64,000 bases of DNA, from NCBI GenBank assembly GCA_964573095.1, contig CAZNIK010000002.1, positions 199,230 to 263,229 of the forward strand. The letters are read 5' to 3'. The translations under genes were made by a program, and so were the position numbers. Below, piece by piece: positions 18,126-27,516 of the stretch. The DNA comes from an uncultured Candidatus Saccharibacteria bacterium (GTDB lineage Bacteria; Patescibacteriota; Saccharimonadia; Saccharimonadales; 2-12-FULL-41-12). Under the pieces are notes generated by a model. That model ran no database searches. It was not told the origin of the DNA and was given only the letters and a program-made list of their open reading frames with translations. Within the stretch, counting starts at the first letter, position 1. The number at the start of each line of letters is the position of its first letter.

Positions 18126-18950
18126 GTGGTGAATCCAAAAAAGAAGCAGCAATTTCAAGCAACGGTCTGGGCCAACTACCGCATACATAAAAGACAATTG
18201 CCTTGGCGCGAAACAGATCAAAACACAAGAATTGATCCATACAAGATTTTTGTTTCAGAAATGATGCTTCAGCAGACCCAAGTGAGCCGTGTTATTGCTC
18301 CGTACCACGAATTTATTCTCAAATTTCCATCTTTAACAACACTCGCAGCGGCTGACTTAGCCACCGTTCTCACGCAGTGGCAAGGCCTTGGCTACAATCG
18401 CCGGGCAAAGTATCTTTGGGAGTCTGCCAAGATTATTCAACACAAATATGATGGGATCATTCCACGCACGACGGAAAGCTTATGCGAGCTTCCTGGGATA
18501 GGTAGCAATACTGCCGGCGCAATAGTTGTGTATGCGTTTAATCAGCCTGTGGTATTTGTTGAGACAAACATCAGAAGTGTGTATATACATCATTTTTTTG
18601 CAAATCAGACGAAGGTTGATGACAAGCAAGTTCAGCGCCTAGTGCTCGAAACGATGGACGAAAACAATCCCAGAGGATGGTATTGGGCCCTAATGGACTA
18701 CGGCTCGCAAGTAAAAAAGCGGTACAAAAAAATCAATCACGCAAGCACAACCTATCGTAAACAGTCCTCGTTCTTGGGCTCCAAAAGGCAACTCAGAGGA
18801 CGAGTTTTACGAGCACTAAACACTGGTCCCCATACAATGACGCAACTTCAGAGTGAGATAGAAGATGATAGGCTCAAAGTAGTGCTTGGGGACCTGGTCA
18901 GCGAGAACTTGATATCCAAAACAAATAATCATTTTAAGCTTGGTGTATAG
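18126..18950 (+). CDS. MutY/Nth-like HhH-GPD DNA glycosylase without an Fe-S cluster loop
   Basis: Contains PWRETD..DPYKIFVSEMMLQQTQV...YNRRAKYL...LPGIGSNTAGAI. There is no C-x6-C-x2-C-x5-C cluster in the C-terminal third. GTG start. Confidence 0.7.
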   Translation: MVNPKKKQQFQATVWANYRIHKRQLPWRETDQNTRIDPYKIFVSEMMLQQTQVSRVIAPYHEFILKFPSLTTLAAADLATVLTQWQGLGYNRRAKYLWESAKIIQHKYDGIIPRTTESLCELPGIGSNTAGAIVVYAFNQPVVFVETNIRSVYIHHFFANQTKVDDKQVQRLVLETMDENNPRGWYWALMDYGSQVKKRYKKINHASTTYRKQSSFLGSKRQLRGRVLRALNTGPHTMTQLQSEIEDDRLKVVLGDLVSENLISKTNNHFKLGV

Positions 18951-18972
18951 TGGTTGTGGTAAAATCAAGAAT

Positions 18973-19611
18973 ATGAAACAACAATTAGTTGGTCTGGTGT
19001 TTGGGGGTTTGCTTGCACTGAGCGTGCCTGTAGCAGTGGTGTCCGCCGAAACATCAAACCAGGAATCAACCACAAACAGCTCGACTACCACCCAAACAAA
19101 ACAAGAGGCAGAAAAGGCGCTGTCGCCAGAGGAACTCAAAGCCCGCATTCAAGAGAAGAAGACCCGGCTAAAAACCAAACTGTCAAATGCTGAAGTTCAA
19201 AAACTTACCCTAAAGTGCGAACCATCTCAAGTCAAAATTAACACGTTCTTGCAGGGTCGCTACAAGAACGATACACCGTATCAAGCAAAGTACGAGGCGT
19301 TCATAAAACGGCTTGAGAAGCTTTCCGCAACCCTAAAGCAAAACAATGTTGATACCGCAGAACTCGACGCTCAAATTGTAGTGCTCAAGCAAAAATACAA
19401 CGCGGTGCAAGTCGCGGTTGCGAACTTTAGAACGTCGATCGCCGACACCAAGGCCATCAATTGCAAAACTGACCCAACTGGCTTCAAAGCGAGCCTCGAG
19501 GACGCCCGTGCAAAAGCGGTAGTCGTAAAGCAAGCCAACCAAGAACTAGAGAGCTACGTGAAGACGACTATAAAGGTCACACTCGAAAAAATTAGAGCAA
19601 CAAGGAGCTAA
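18973..19611 (+). CDS. hypothetical secreted coiled-coil protein
   Basis: Signal peptide MKQQLVGLVFGGLLALSVPVAVVSA followed by heptad-like K/E/Q-rich sequence. Confidence 0.55.
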   Translation: MKQQLVGLVFGGLLALSVPVAVVSAETSNQESTTNSSTTTQTKQEAEKALSPEELKARIQEKKTRLKTKLSNAEVQKLTLKCEPSQVKINTFLQGRYKNDTPYQAKYEAFIKRLEKLSATLKQNNVDTAELDAQIVVLKQKYNAVQVAVANFRTSIADTKAINCKTDPTGFKASLEDARAKAVVVKQANQELESYVKTTIKVTLEKIRATRS

Positions 19612-19613
19612 AT

Positions 19614-20291
19614 GTGCCGGAAGATATCCTAAAACCCCAGAAGCAACCAAATGAAGCTGGGTCTGCACCACCTCTCGATTCAGCGGTTGATGCAACAGCA
19701 CCAACTGACGACAGCGAGCCCAAAATAATTGAAGTAAATAGTTTTGCAGATGAGTCTCAAAAGACTGATGTCGATCAAGGTAATACAGCTCAAGAGGAAA
19801 AGCCCACACCAGAAACCGCTGAAGTGACCGAGACCGAGTCGGCGCAAGCAGAACTTCAAGAAACTCCTACCGATTCCGTTGGGGAAGAAGTCAGTACGCA
19901 ACAATTACATACCGAACCGACGCAATCACTAGAAACATCATCCGAAGAACTTGCGCCAAAGAAAGAAGAGGATCAAGATTCGCAGAATGAGCACGTCTCA
20001 TCCGACCAACAGGCACCCCCCGAACCGCACAAAACTCACCATGTGCCGGTTGTGGCTGTTACTCTTGCCGTTATTGTGTGTGCGTTGCTCATTGGTGTAG
20101 TAGTGTACTTGACCATGAGCAAGGACGATGAGGCTGCACCGGTTAATCAAACACAGAGTCAACAGAATCAACCAGAAACAAGTGCCCAAAATGATAAGAG
20201 TGAAGTAGATGGCGCTATTACTGAGGCAGGTCAACTGCCCACAAGCGAAGATCCTACATCTGGAATATCCGATCAATCACTGGGTCTTTAG
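19614..20291 (+). CDS. hypothetical acidic protein with a single TM segment
   Basis: GTG start 6 nt after AAGGAG. E/T/Q/P-rich low-complexity region, then the TM segment VPVVAVTLAVIVCALLIGVVVYL. Confidence 0.5.
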   Translation: MPEDILKPQKQPNEAGSAPPLDSAVDATAPTDDSEPKIIEVNSFADESQKTDVDQGNTAQEEKPTPETAEVTETESAQAELQETPTDSVGEEVSTQQLHTEPTQSLETSSEELAPKKEEDQDSQNEHVSSDQQAPPEPHKTHHVPVVAVTLAVIVCALLIGVVVYLTMSKDDEAAPVNQTQSQQNQPETSAQNDKSEVDGAITEAGQLPTSEDPTSGISDQSLGL

Positions 20292-20297
20292 TGATCT

Positions 20298-20645
20298 ATG
20301 ACTTTTAAAGAATATCAATCTTTAGCGGAACGGACAGATGTTTACTATGGCGGAAAGCCAATTGATGTGCTCGACCCCGCATTTATTTCAAAAATATTAG
20401 GGCTTGCAGGTGAGGCAGGGGAAGTTGCCGAAAAGTTTAAGAAAATTGTTCGGGACAAAAATGGGGAAATTTCTAAAGAAGATAGCAAAGAAATTCTAAA
20501 AGAACTTGGAGACGTCCTTTGGTATATAGCGCTTATTTCTAAGTACCTTGGATATAATCTAGAAACCGTTGGGAAAATGAATATCGAGAAGCTTGCGGAT
20601 CGCCACACAAGAAACGTGATTCAAGCCTCGGGCGATAATCGTTAA
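20298..20645 (+). CDS. MazG-like nucleoside triphosphate pyrophosphohydrolase domain protein
   Basis: 115 aa. Contains LGLAGEAGEVAEKFKK and ELGDVLWYI, the EEXX(E/D) type motifs. Confidence 0.7.
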   Translation: MTFKEYQSLAERTDVYYGGKPIDVLDPAFISKILGLAGEAGEVAEKFKKIVRDKNGEISKEDSKEILKELGDVLWYIALISKYLGYNLETVGKMNIEKLADRHTRNVIQASGDNR

Positions 20646-21934
20646 CGAAAACTGGCTCTTAGCCATTCATCTAGGCTGCCACCGCCGCCTCCAGAGAGAC
20701 ACACGACCAAATCACCTTGCTGTAAATGGTGTTGGATATTATTTTTTAGTTCTTGATTGAGCGTGGCTGCCTCAGCCATAGCTTGGTTGCGGAGGTTAGT
20801 TATTAGTTCTTGAGGAGTAAGCACGTGTTGTGAGGGGTCTTCACGAGCCAGATAACTTGGGACCCAATACAGTTTCTTAACCTCTTTGAAAACATCAAAA
20901 TATTCATGTCGAATATAGTGTTGTCGACGATTCGTTAATGGTTCGTAAACAACGACCACATTTTTTGAAAGCTCGCGTGCCAATTGGAGACAGCCACGGA
21001 TTTTGGGAACGGTGTGCGCATAGTCTGTATAGAGCCCCTCTGTAATTTTTTCAAAGCGTCGACTTAAACCGGGAAAGCGGTTCATGATTTGTATCAAGTC
21101 GCCCGCTTGGTCTCCCAGTAGTTTCTTGGCCGAGATAATGACTTGTAGCGCATCTCTTCGGTTCACCAATCCAGGAAGCTGTAGCAAGCTAAGCTGAGGG
21201 CTACTATCTTCGACAACAGTGTATTTTTCGTTTGATTTTAGCTCAAAGCGCTCGGCGTCATCTTGCCAAACTACCGCGTGCGTTGATTGTTCGAAAAATT
21301 GCAGAAACGCGCTTTGATAATCTGTGCGGGTTGGAAATATCTCATGGTGGTCGTAGTCTATGCCGGTAATGAGGCTGATATGGGGGTGAAAAGCGAGAAA
21401 GTTACGATCAAATTCGTCACATTCATATATAAAGTACTCGGCCTTTGGGTCAAAATGACCCATGTCGCCGAAGGGAATCTTTGCACCAACCGAGTAGCTC
21501 ACTGGGACATTAAGCTCGCGGAATAACCATATAGCCATAGCTGTTGTGGTGGTTTTGCCGTGCGTACCGGCAACAGCCACAAGCTTTAGGTTCTTGTCGG
21601 TGATGATTTCGTTGAGCAGTTCGTCGCGTTTTGTGGCTTTGATCTTGTGCGCTTTGGCGAATGCCAGTTCTGGATGTGTGTTGTTGCCAAACGACAGCGC
21701 AGACGAATAGACAATCCAGTCAATAGGATTTTTCTGGTGTAGATCTTGAATCGCGTCGTGGGTTTGGCCAATGTGAATATTGGATACCCCAGATTGCTCA
21801 AGATGCTTAATATACCGTGAGTCTTGCATATCAGAACCAGAAACATCGTAACCGGCCTGTTTTGCAATCAGCGCAAGCGGACCTATTGCAGTTCCGCCAA
21901 TGCCGGAAAAGAAGATATGCATACCTACCAGCAT
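20642..21934 (-). CDS. murC: Mur ligase family enzyme, MurC-like (UDP-N-acetylmuramate--L-alanine ligase; Mpl not excluded)
   Basis: Contains IFFSGIGGTAIGPLALIAKQAGYDVSGSD, the P-loop AGTHGKTTTTAM and DYAHTVPKI. An alternative start lies at 21922. Confidence 0.65.
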   Translation of the reverse strand: MLVGMHIFFSGIGGTAIGPLALIAKQAGYDVSGSDMQDSRYIKHLEQSGVSNIHIGQTHDAIQDLHQKNPIDWIVYSSALSFGNNTHPELAFAKAHKIKATKRDELLNEIITDKNLKLVAVAGTHGKTTTTAMAIWLFRELNVPVSYSVGAKIPFGDMGHFDPKAEYFIYECDEFDRNFLAFHPHISLITGIDYDHHEIFPTRTDYQSAFLQFFEQSTHAVVWQDDAERFELKSNEKYTVVEDSSPQLSLLQLPGLVNRRDALQVIISAKKLLGDQAGDLIQIMNRFPGLSRRFEKITEGLYTDYAHTVPKIRGCLQLARELSKNVVVVYEPLTNRRQHYIRHEYFDVFKEVKKLYWVPSYLAREDPSQHVLTPQELITNLRNQAMAEAATLNQELKNNIQHHLQQGDLVVCLSGGGGGSLDEWLRASFR

Positions 21935-21992
21935 ACCCCAAAATTAAGCGCTATAGCCAAAAAGAACCCTTCACGTCTATACTGATTTAATA

Positions 21993-22589
21993 GTGGTTAT
22001 GAATAAAAAGATGCAACCCACCAAGCGTTTTAAGCTTTCGGTCCTAAAATCATGGCACATATTTGTGTTAGCGGGGGTTTTTTTGATAGTTGGGGTGTTT
22101 GCGCTTCGCCAAAACAACTTCACCATGATAAAGCTTCGTGAGGCTGTTACAAAAGCTGATCAAGACAATGGTGACGTCGAGGCGGCACTCCAGGCGCTTC
22201 GGAAGCACGTATATGGCCACATGAATACTGATCTTTCGAGCGGCAGTAATGCCATCAAGCCCCCCATTCAGCTAAAAGCCCGTTACGAGCGGCTTGCAAG
22301 CGCAGAACAGGAACGGATAAAACAAGCAAACGCCAAAGTCACCGCTGATGGCGAAGCAAAGTGTTCTGCGCAGCATCCTGGAGCCGGGTTTAACGCGCCG
22401 AGAGTGGCTTGTGTTCAAGAATATGTCCGAACGAATGGAAGTTCGGCAACAGGCGTCCCGGACAGTCTTTATAAGTTTGATTTTGTTTCGCCGTCATGGT
22501 CACCAGATATTGCTGGCTGGAGTTTGGTTATTAGTATTGGGCTTTTTGCTCTCGGTGGGGCAACGGTATTGTTTAATCGTCTCCGATAA
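21993..22589 (+). CDS. hypothetical membrane protein (N- and C-terminal TM segments)
   Basis: 198-aa ORF with a TM segment near each end and no recognised domain. Confidence 0.5.
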   Translation: MVMNKKMQPTKRFKLSVLKSWHIFVLAGVFLIVGVFALRQNNFTMIKLREAVTKADQDNGDVEAALQALRKHVYGHMNTDLSSGSNAIKPPIQLKARYERLASAEQERIKQANAKVTADGEAKCSAQHPGAGFNAPRVACVQEYVRTNGSSATGVPDSLYKFDFVSPSWSPDIAGWSLVISIGLFALGGATVLFNRLR

Positions 22590-22627
22590 ATACGCAACAC
22601 ACTCAAGCTAACAGGCTGCTTTAGACA

Positions 22628-22669
22628 TAAAAACACCCCGGTATGAGTAACCAGGGTGTTTTATTTTTT
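22628..22669. terminator. bidirectional intrinsic terminator between convergent genes
   Basis: AACACCCCGG/CCAGGGTGTT stem with one mismatch, flanked by an A-run and TTATTTTTT. Confidence 0.6.
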
Positions 22670-22678
22670 GTCTCCAGA

Positions 22679-23374
22679 CTAAGGTCGCGTTGTGCCGGTA
22701 TTGTTCTGGTTGTTGTTTCCGTTACCGGTACTGTTCTGAGTGTTCGTGTTCCCAGGACTATTTTGAGTATTGGTGTTTGTGCTACCAGACTGAAGGTTAT
22801 TGCCACTATTGTTATTGGTTCCTTCGTTTTCGCACTTCTGACCGTTTGGATTTGCCTTGACGTAATCAGCCACAGCCTTTGCGACTTGTCCATCAGACTT
22901 TAGGTTTTCCCAGAAGATCACTTGATCTTTGGTGACCAACATCTGGTCTTGTGGCCCGTGTAGCTCACAGCCGAGCTTTACAAGAGACACGTCATTTGCG
23001 CTTGTTTGAGTATTTTGGGCATTCTGGTTATTTACTCGCAAATAATACACATTATTCATTTTTAGGTATTTATCGTTGAGTTTTGTGATATTACCAAAAT
23101 ACACTTGTCCACCGTTGAGAAAGACAGCTTGCAGCTTGCTGCTGTCAACATACTGACTTTCCTTTTGGTTTTTGCTAAATATGACCGATGAAAGTGCCGC
23201 AACGACTAATACAATCAATGCAACAAAGAACACAGCATATAGCACCTGCCCGAGCCTAGAATCTCTCTTAAACTTTCCTTTTTTTGCTGGCGAACTGGAA
23301 GTACTTGGTCCAGAGCTATCAGCTTGCGGCGCCCCACTTTGTGTGGGACGAGCATTGCGGTTCATAAAATCCAT
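22679..23374 (-). CDS. hypothetical membrane-anchored protein with an N/T/Q-rich low-complexity tail
   Basis: 231 aa. TM segment VLYAVFFVALIVLVVAAL. The C-terminus has repeats NTNTQNSPGNTNTQNSTGNGNNNQNN. Confidence 0.5.
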   Translation of the reverse strand: MDFMNRNARPTQSGAPQADSSGPSTSSSPAKKGKFKRDSRLGQVLYAVFFVALIVLVVAALSSVIFSKNQKESQYVDSSKLQAVFLNGGQVYFGNITKLNDKYLKMNNVYYLRVNNQNAQNTQTSANDVSLVKLGCELHGPQDQMLVTKDQVIFWENLKSDGQVAKAVADYVKANPNGQKCENEGTNNNSGNNLQSGSTNTNTQNSPGNTNTQNSTGNGNNNQNNTGTTRP

Positions 23375-23550
23375 TTATGTCTCCACCTTCTTTTATTTGA
23401 TTACAGATACAAGTGTAAGGCATAACCGTCATAAAAGGCAAGATATTCTCTGAAAAAATCACCTTTTTATCCCTAAAAGTGTTGACAAGAGAAAAGCTCG
23501 GGGAGTATGGTAGGAATACCATTACTTATTAACAGAGGGAGAATAGTGAG

Positions 23551-23748
23551 ATGGGATACAGCCACACAAATAGTAAAGGTGTAAAATACTACCTAAACTC
23601 AAAGAACGTCGTGCTAAGGGGCGGAAAAGAACAAAAAATCTTTTACTTCAGTAAGGACGAGCGAAAGGACACAGCTACAGATCTTCCAAGTGGCATGAGT
23701 GTCAACGAAAATCCACGCAACGGTTTTCTTACCGTTAAGCGCGGCTAG
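23551..23748 (+). CDS. small hypothetical protein (65 aa)
   Basis: ATG preceded by GGGAGAATAGTGAG. A TTGACA-18-TATGGT promoter-like element lies at about 23492-23521, and a strong hairpin follows the ORF. Confidence 0.45.
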   Translation: MGYSHTNSKGVKYYLNSKNVVLRGGKEQKIFYFSKDERKDTATDLPSGMSVNENPRNGFLTVKRG

Positions 23749-23764
23749 TAAAGAACCAAAAGTC

Positions 23765-23803
23765 AAAGACGTCGAGGCTTCATTGCGCTCGGCGTCTTTT
23801 GTT
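23765..23803 (+). terminator. intrinsic terminator after the 65-aa ORF
   Basis: 12-bp stem AAAGACGTCGAG/CTCGGCGTCTTT running into a T-tract. Confidence 0.6.
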
Positions 23804-23820
23804 ATAGTGAATGCATACTC

Positions 23821-24576
23821 ATGAGCAAAATAGTACAAGTATCAAAACTGTCAAAGAGTTTTGGCGACAAAAAAGCGGTTCGAGGCATTAGCTTTGACGT
23901 TGAAGAGGGTGAAATATTTGGTATTTTAGGCCCAAACGGTGCTGGCAAAACCACTACGCTCGAGATGATCGAAGCTATTCAGACAATTGACAGCGGAACG
24001 GTGACCCTCGATGGTATTAATGTTGAAAAGAATCCGCGAGACATACGCTATATCATTGGAGTCCAGCCTCAAAGCCCCGCCTTTCAAGACAAAACAAAAC
24101 TGGTTGAGATATTAGAATTATTTGCTTCAACCTATGGCGAGAAAGCTCACCCCAAAAAACTACTCAAAGATGTTGATTTGAGTGAAAAGTCACAGAGCTA
24201 TGTAGAGCAACTCTCTGGTGGGCAAAAACAGCGATTTAGTATTGCGGCGGCGCTTGTCCATAGTCCTAAAGTGCTGTTTATGGACGAACCGACTACTGGA
24301 CTTGATCCACAAGCCCGCAGAAATCTTTGGGCCCTGGTCCAGAAGATAAGGAGCCAAGGAGTTACGGTAATTCTGACGACACACTATATGGAAGAGGCTG
24401 AACTACTTTGCGATCGTGTGGCCATAATGGACAAGGGGAGAATTATTACGATTGATACGCCAAAGAATCTTGTGAAACAGCTCCTGGCTCGCGGTTTCAA
24501 AAAGAAGCGCTATGTCGAGCAAGCCAACCTTGAAGACGTGTTTATTGATCTCACGGGAAAGCAGCTCCGAGATTAG
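23821..24576 (+). CDS. ABC transporter ATP-binding protein
   Basis: Walker A GPNGAGKTT, signature LSGGQKQR, Walker B VLFMDEPTTGLD. Confidence 0.9.
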   Translation: MSKIVQVSKLSKSFGDKKAVRGISFDVEEGEIFGILGPNGAGKTTTLEMIEAIQTIDSGTVTLDGINVEKNPRDIRYIIGVQPQSPAFQDKTKLVEILELFASTYGEKAHPKKLLKDVDLSEKSQSYVEQLSGGQKQRFSIAAALVHSPKVLFMDEPTTGLDPQARRNLWALVQKIRSQGVTVILTTHYMEEAELLCDRVAIMDKGRIITIDTPKNLVKQLLARGFKKKRYVEQANLEDVFIDLTGKQLRD

Positions 24577-24578
24577 TT

Positions 24579-25688
24579 ATGATGAAATCGCTTCACACCA
24601 TTCGAGTTTTTACAAAAATAAGCACCAAACGCTTTTTCCGCGACCGCTTGGCAATATTTTTTACTATAGTATTCCCTCTAATATTTTTATTTGTGTTTGG
24701 TGGTATCTTTGGGAAACAAAGTGACCTGTCCTTTAAGGTTGGACTTGTAAGCCAATCTCAGACAGAGTTTGCCAAAGAGTATCAAAATCAGCTCAAGCAA
24801 AACAAAATATTTGAGATTGATACCACGGTAAATTCACTTGAAAGCTCAAAGCAAAAAATGAGCCGTGGCGAGCTCGACGCCACAATTGTACTGGCAGACG
24901 ATTTTGGGACGAAGCGGGGAGCCGAAACATACCCCTCTGGACAGATAAAAGTGTATTATTCCCCCAATAACGAACAAGCTGCCCAGACGCTCGAATCGGT
25001 GTTGCAGGTGCAGCTCAAACAAATAAATAAGCAATTTGTAAACACAGATGTGCCCTTTACAGTGACCACCGAGCGACTGAATGAAAAAACTTTATCCCGT
25101 TTTGACTATACATTTGCAGGTCTTTTGGGATTCGCGATTGTTGGCTTGGGAATATTTGGCCCAATCAATGTTTTTCCAGAACTAAAGAAACAAGGTGTGC
25201 TTCGAAGACTTCACACAACACCGCTCAAGACGAGCGAATATTTCGTGTCAAACGCGCTGTCGCAAGCTGTCATTGGACTCCTCACCATGGCCGTTATGTT
25301 TGCGGTCGCAATCGCGGTATTTGACCTAAAGGTAGTGGGGAATATTCTGGCTCTGGTGGTTTTTTTGGTCCTAAGTATTATTAGTATTTTGGGTATTGGC
25401 TTGGCGATAGGTGGCTGGGCGAAGAACGAACGACAGGCAGCTCCACTTGGCAATATCGTGGTCTTTCCAATGCTTTTCTTGTCTGGCACATTTTTCCCGC
25501 GATTTCTGATGCCGGAGTGGCTGCAAAATATCTCTAACTATTTGCCGTTAACTCCCGTCATTGATGGGATTAGGTTGATTGCGACCGAAGGAAGGTCGCT
25601 TGTCGAAGTTTCGTCGCAAGTGTTGATTATTTTAATATGGACCATTGTGGTCTACGCGGTGGCATTCCGCGTCTTTAGATGGGAGTAG
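24579..25688 (+). CDS. ABC-2 type transporter permease
   Basis: 369 aa. An N-terminal TM segment and large extracytoplasmic loop are followed by 5 further TM segments. It lies immediately downstream of the ATPase. Confidence 0.8.
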   Translation: MMKSLHTIRVFTKISTKRFFRDRLAIFFTIVFPLIFLFVFGGIFGKQSDLSFKVGLVSQSQTEFAKEYQNQLKQNKIFEIDTTVNSLESSKQKMSRGELDATIVLADDFGTKRGAETYPSGQIKVYYSPNNEQAAQTLESVLQVQLKQINKQFVNTDVPFTVTTERLNEKTLSRFDYTFAGLLGFAIVGLGIFGPINVFPELKKQGVLRRLHTTPLKTSEYFVSNALSQAVIGLLTMAVMFAVAIAVFDLKVVGNILALVVFLVLSIISILGIGLAIGGWAKNERQAAPLGNIVVFPMLFLSGTFFPRFLMPEWLQNISNYLPLTPVIDGIRLIATEGRSLVEVSSQVLIILIWTIVVYAVAFRVFRWE

Positions 25689-25690
25689 GG

Positions 25691-26083
25691 ATGGAAGACT
25701 CAGTATTTACCAAGATTATCAAGGGTGAGCTGCCGTGCCATAAAGTGTATGAGGATGATAAAACCATCGCTTTTCTGACAATTGGTCCAGTAAGAGATGG
25801 ACACACCCTTGTTGTGCCAAAACTGCAGGTTGATCAATATATCGATTTGCCAGACGAAGACTATGAAGCTTTGTGGCGAACCGTCAAAAAAGTTGCCGGG
25901 CGCATTCGAGACGTTTCTGGTAAAGAGAGGGTGGGTGTAGTCATAAAAGGCATAGATGTGCCCCACGCGCACGTACATTTGGTGCCATTTGATCACGACG
26001 AACCCCTAAAGGCAGATGTGTTTATCAACGAAGATCCTAATCACGAAAAACTAGCCGAAATAGCTAAAAAATTTGCCTTCTAG
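25691..26083 (+). CDS. HIT family hydrolase
   Basis: Contains FTKIIKGELPCHKVYEDD and the histidine triad HAHVHLVP. Confidence 0.85.
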   Translation: MEDSVFTKIIKGELPCHKVYEDDKTIAFLTIGPVRDGHTLVVPKLQVDQYIDLPDEDYEALWRTVKKVAGRIRDVSGKERVGVVIKGIDVPHAHVHLVPFDHDEPLKADVFINEDPNHEKLAEIAKKFAF

Positions 26084-26084
26084 A

Positions 26085-27062
26085 ATGCCTTACCAAGACC
26101 AGCTTCCCAAACCTTTTATTGTATTGGCACCGATGGACGACGTCACAGATACGGTATTTCGGCAACTAATTGCCCAAATTGCACCGGCTGATGTATACAT
26201 GACAGAATTTACCAACGCTGACGGTCTGTGTTCACCCGGTCGGGAAGTGTCACTGAAAAGGCTAAAATTCGTGAATGCCGAACAACCGCTTATTGCGCAA
26301 CTTTGGGGGAAAGATCCTAAGAACTTTTATCAAGTGTCAAAAGAGTTGGTAGAAATGGGCTTTGCGGGCGTCGATATTAACTTTGGCTGTCCAGACAAAG
26401 CAGTGCTCAAAAATGGTTGTGGTGGGGCAATGATCGACCAGCCCACGCGTGCCAAAGAAATCATTGATGCGGTAAAAGAAGGCGTGAATCAACGAATACC
26501 GGTTAGTGTGAAAACTCGTTTGGGCACAAAGATGTATAAATCTGAATGGATCGAGTGGCTTCTTCAGCAAAAACTTAACATGTTAAGTATACATCTTAGA
26601 ACTGTGGCAGAGTTGTCGAAAGTCCCTGCTCACTGGGAATTAATGACAGAAATAAGACAGTTGAGAGATGAGATTTCGCCTAAAACGGCCATTGTTGGCA
26701 ATGGCGACGTCCAAAACCGAACTCACGCAAACCTGCTCGCCCAGCAGTACGGTATTGATGGCGTGATGATTGGGCGCGGAGTGTTTCATGACCCATATGC
26801 GTGTAGCCTTGAATCTCCCTGGAAGCAGATGACGCCCGCTGAAAAAATTCAACTCTATCAAAGGCACGTCGAGCTGTTTGAGCATACATGGGTAGAAGGC
26901 GAGCGACCTATAGTGACGCTCAACAAGTTTTGCAAGATATATGTCAACGATTTTCCAGGGGCAAAAGAAGTTCGGTTGGACCTCATGGGCGCAAAAAGCC
27001 TTGATGTCTTAAAGCAAAAACTTGGCACACTTCATGCGCGATTGAGCTTGGGCGTAGTGTGA
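26085..27062 (+). CDS. dus: tRNA-dihydrouridine synthase
   Basis: Contains VLAPMDDVTDTVFR, GVDINFGCP and SVKTRLG. I prefer the ATG at 26085 over the TTG at 26073. Confidence 0.8.
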   Translation: MPYQDQLPKPFIVLAPMDDVTDTVFRQLIAQIAPADVYMTEFTNADGLCSPGREVSLKRLKFVNAEQPLIAQLWGKDPKNFYQVSKELVEMGFAGVDINFGCPDKAVLKNGCGGAMIDQPTRAKEIIDAVKEGVNQRIPVSVKTRLGTKMYKSEWIEWLLQQKLNMLSIHLRTVAELSKVPAHWELMTEIRQLRDEISPKTAIVGNGDVQNRTHANLLAQQYGIDGVMIGRGVFHDPYACSLESPWKQMTPAEKIQLYQRHVELFEHTWVEGERPIVTLNKFCKIYVNDFPGAKEVRLDLMGAKSLDVLKQKLGTLHARLSLGVV

Positions 27063-27394
27063 TGTTGTTCTCCCCACTCTGCCATGTGCAGTAAGATACT
27101 TCTTAGACCTTCGCCTTTCTTTGTGAGGCTATACGTATAGCGAGGAGGGTGAGCGCAGTAGCGGGTTTTCTTTATGATCCCGGCTTCTAAAAGCTCATCT
27201 AAGCGCGCGCTAAGTGTGCGCGAACTAATCCCGCCCAGCATCAGCTCTAGGTCTTTATAGGTCATCGGGGATTCTACGAGTTGTCCAATGAGCAGCGGGG
27301 ACCACTTGTCACCAAGTATTCTTAGTGCGGCTTGAATACAACCCGGCTTGGTTTCTAGAGATTTACACATTGGTTTTTTATGTTCAAACGCCAC
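27032..27394 (-). CDS. HxlR-family winged-helix transcriptional regulator
   Basis: Contains CGIQAALRILGDKWSPLLIGQL...RTLSARLDELLEAGIIKK...YSLTKKG. Confidence 0.85.
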   Translation of the reverse strand: MAFEHKKPMCKSLETKPGCIQAALRILGDKWSPLLIGQLVESPMTYKDLELMLGGISSRTLSARLDELLEAGIIKKTRYCAHPPRYTYSLTKKGEGLRSILLHMAEWGEQHHTTPKLNRA

Positions 27395-27415
27395 GATAAC
27401 CCCAGTGTATCAAAA

Positions 27416-27460
27416 GTCGCTTTACAAAGTAAAGCGAGTCACTGTACAATGTAAAGTGAC
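27416..27460. promoter_or_regulatory. two adjacent palindromic operator candidates in the HxlR/FMN-reductase divergent intergenic region
   Basis: The two sites are GTCGCTTTAC-aaa-GTAAAGCGAG (27416-27438) and GTCACTGTAC-aat-GTAAAGTGAC (27438-27460). Each pairs 9 of 10 arm positions, and the two share one consensus. Confidence 0.55.
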
Positions 27461-27516
27461 TTAGTTAATAGATGTCCTCGTCTTCTGTAAAGATCTCGAG
27501 CAAAAAGGAGCAAACT

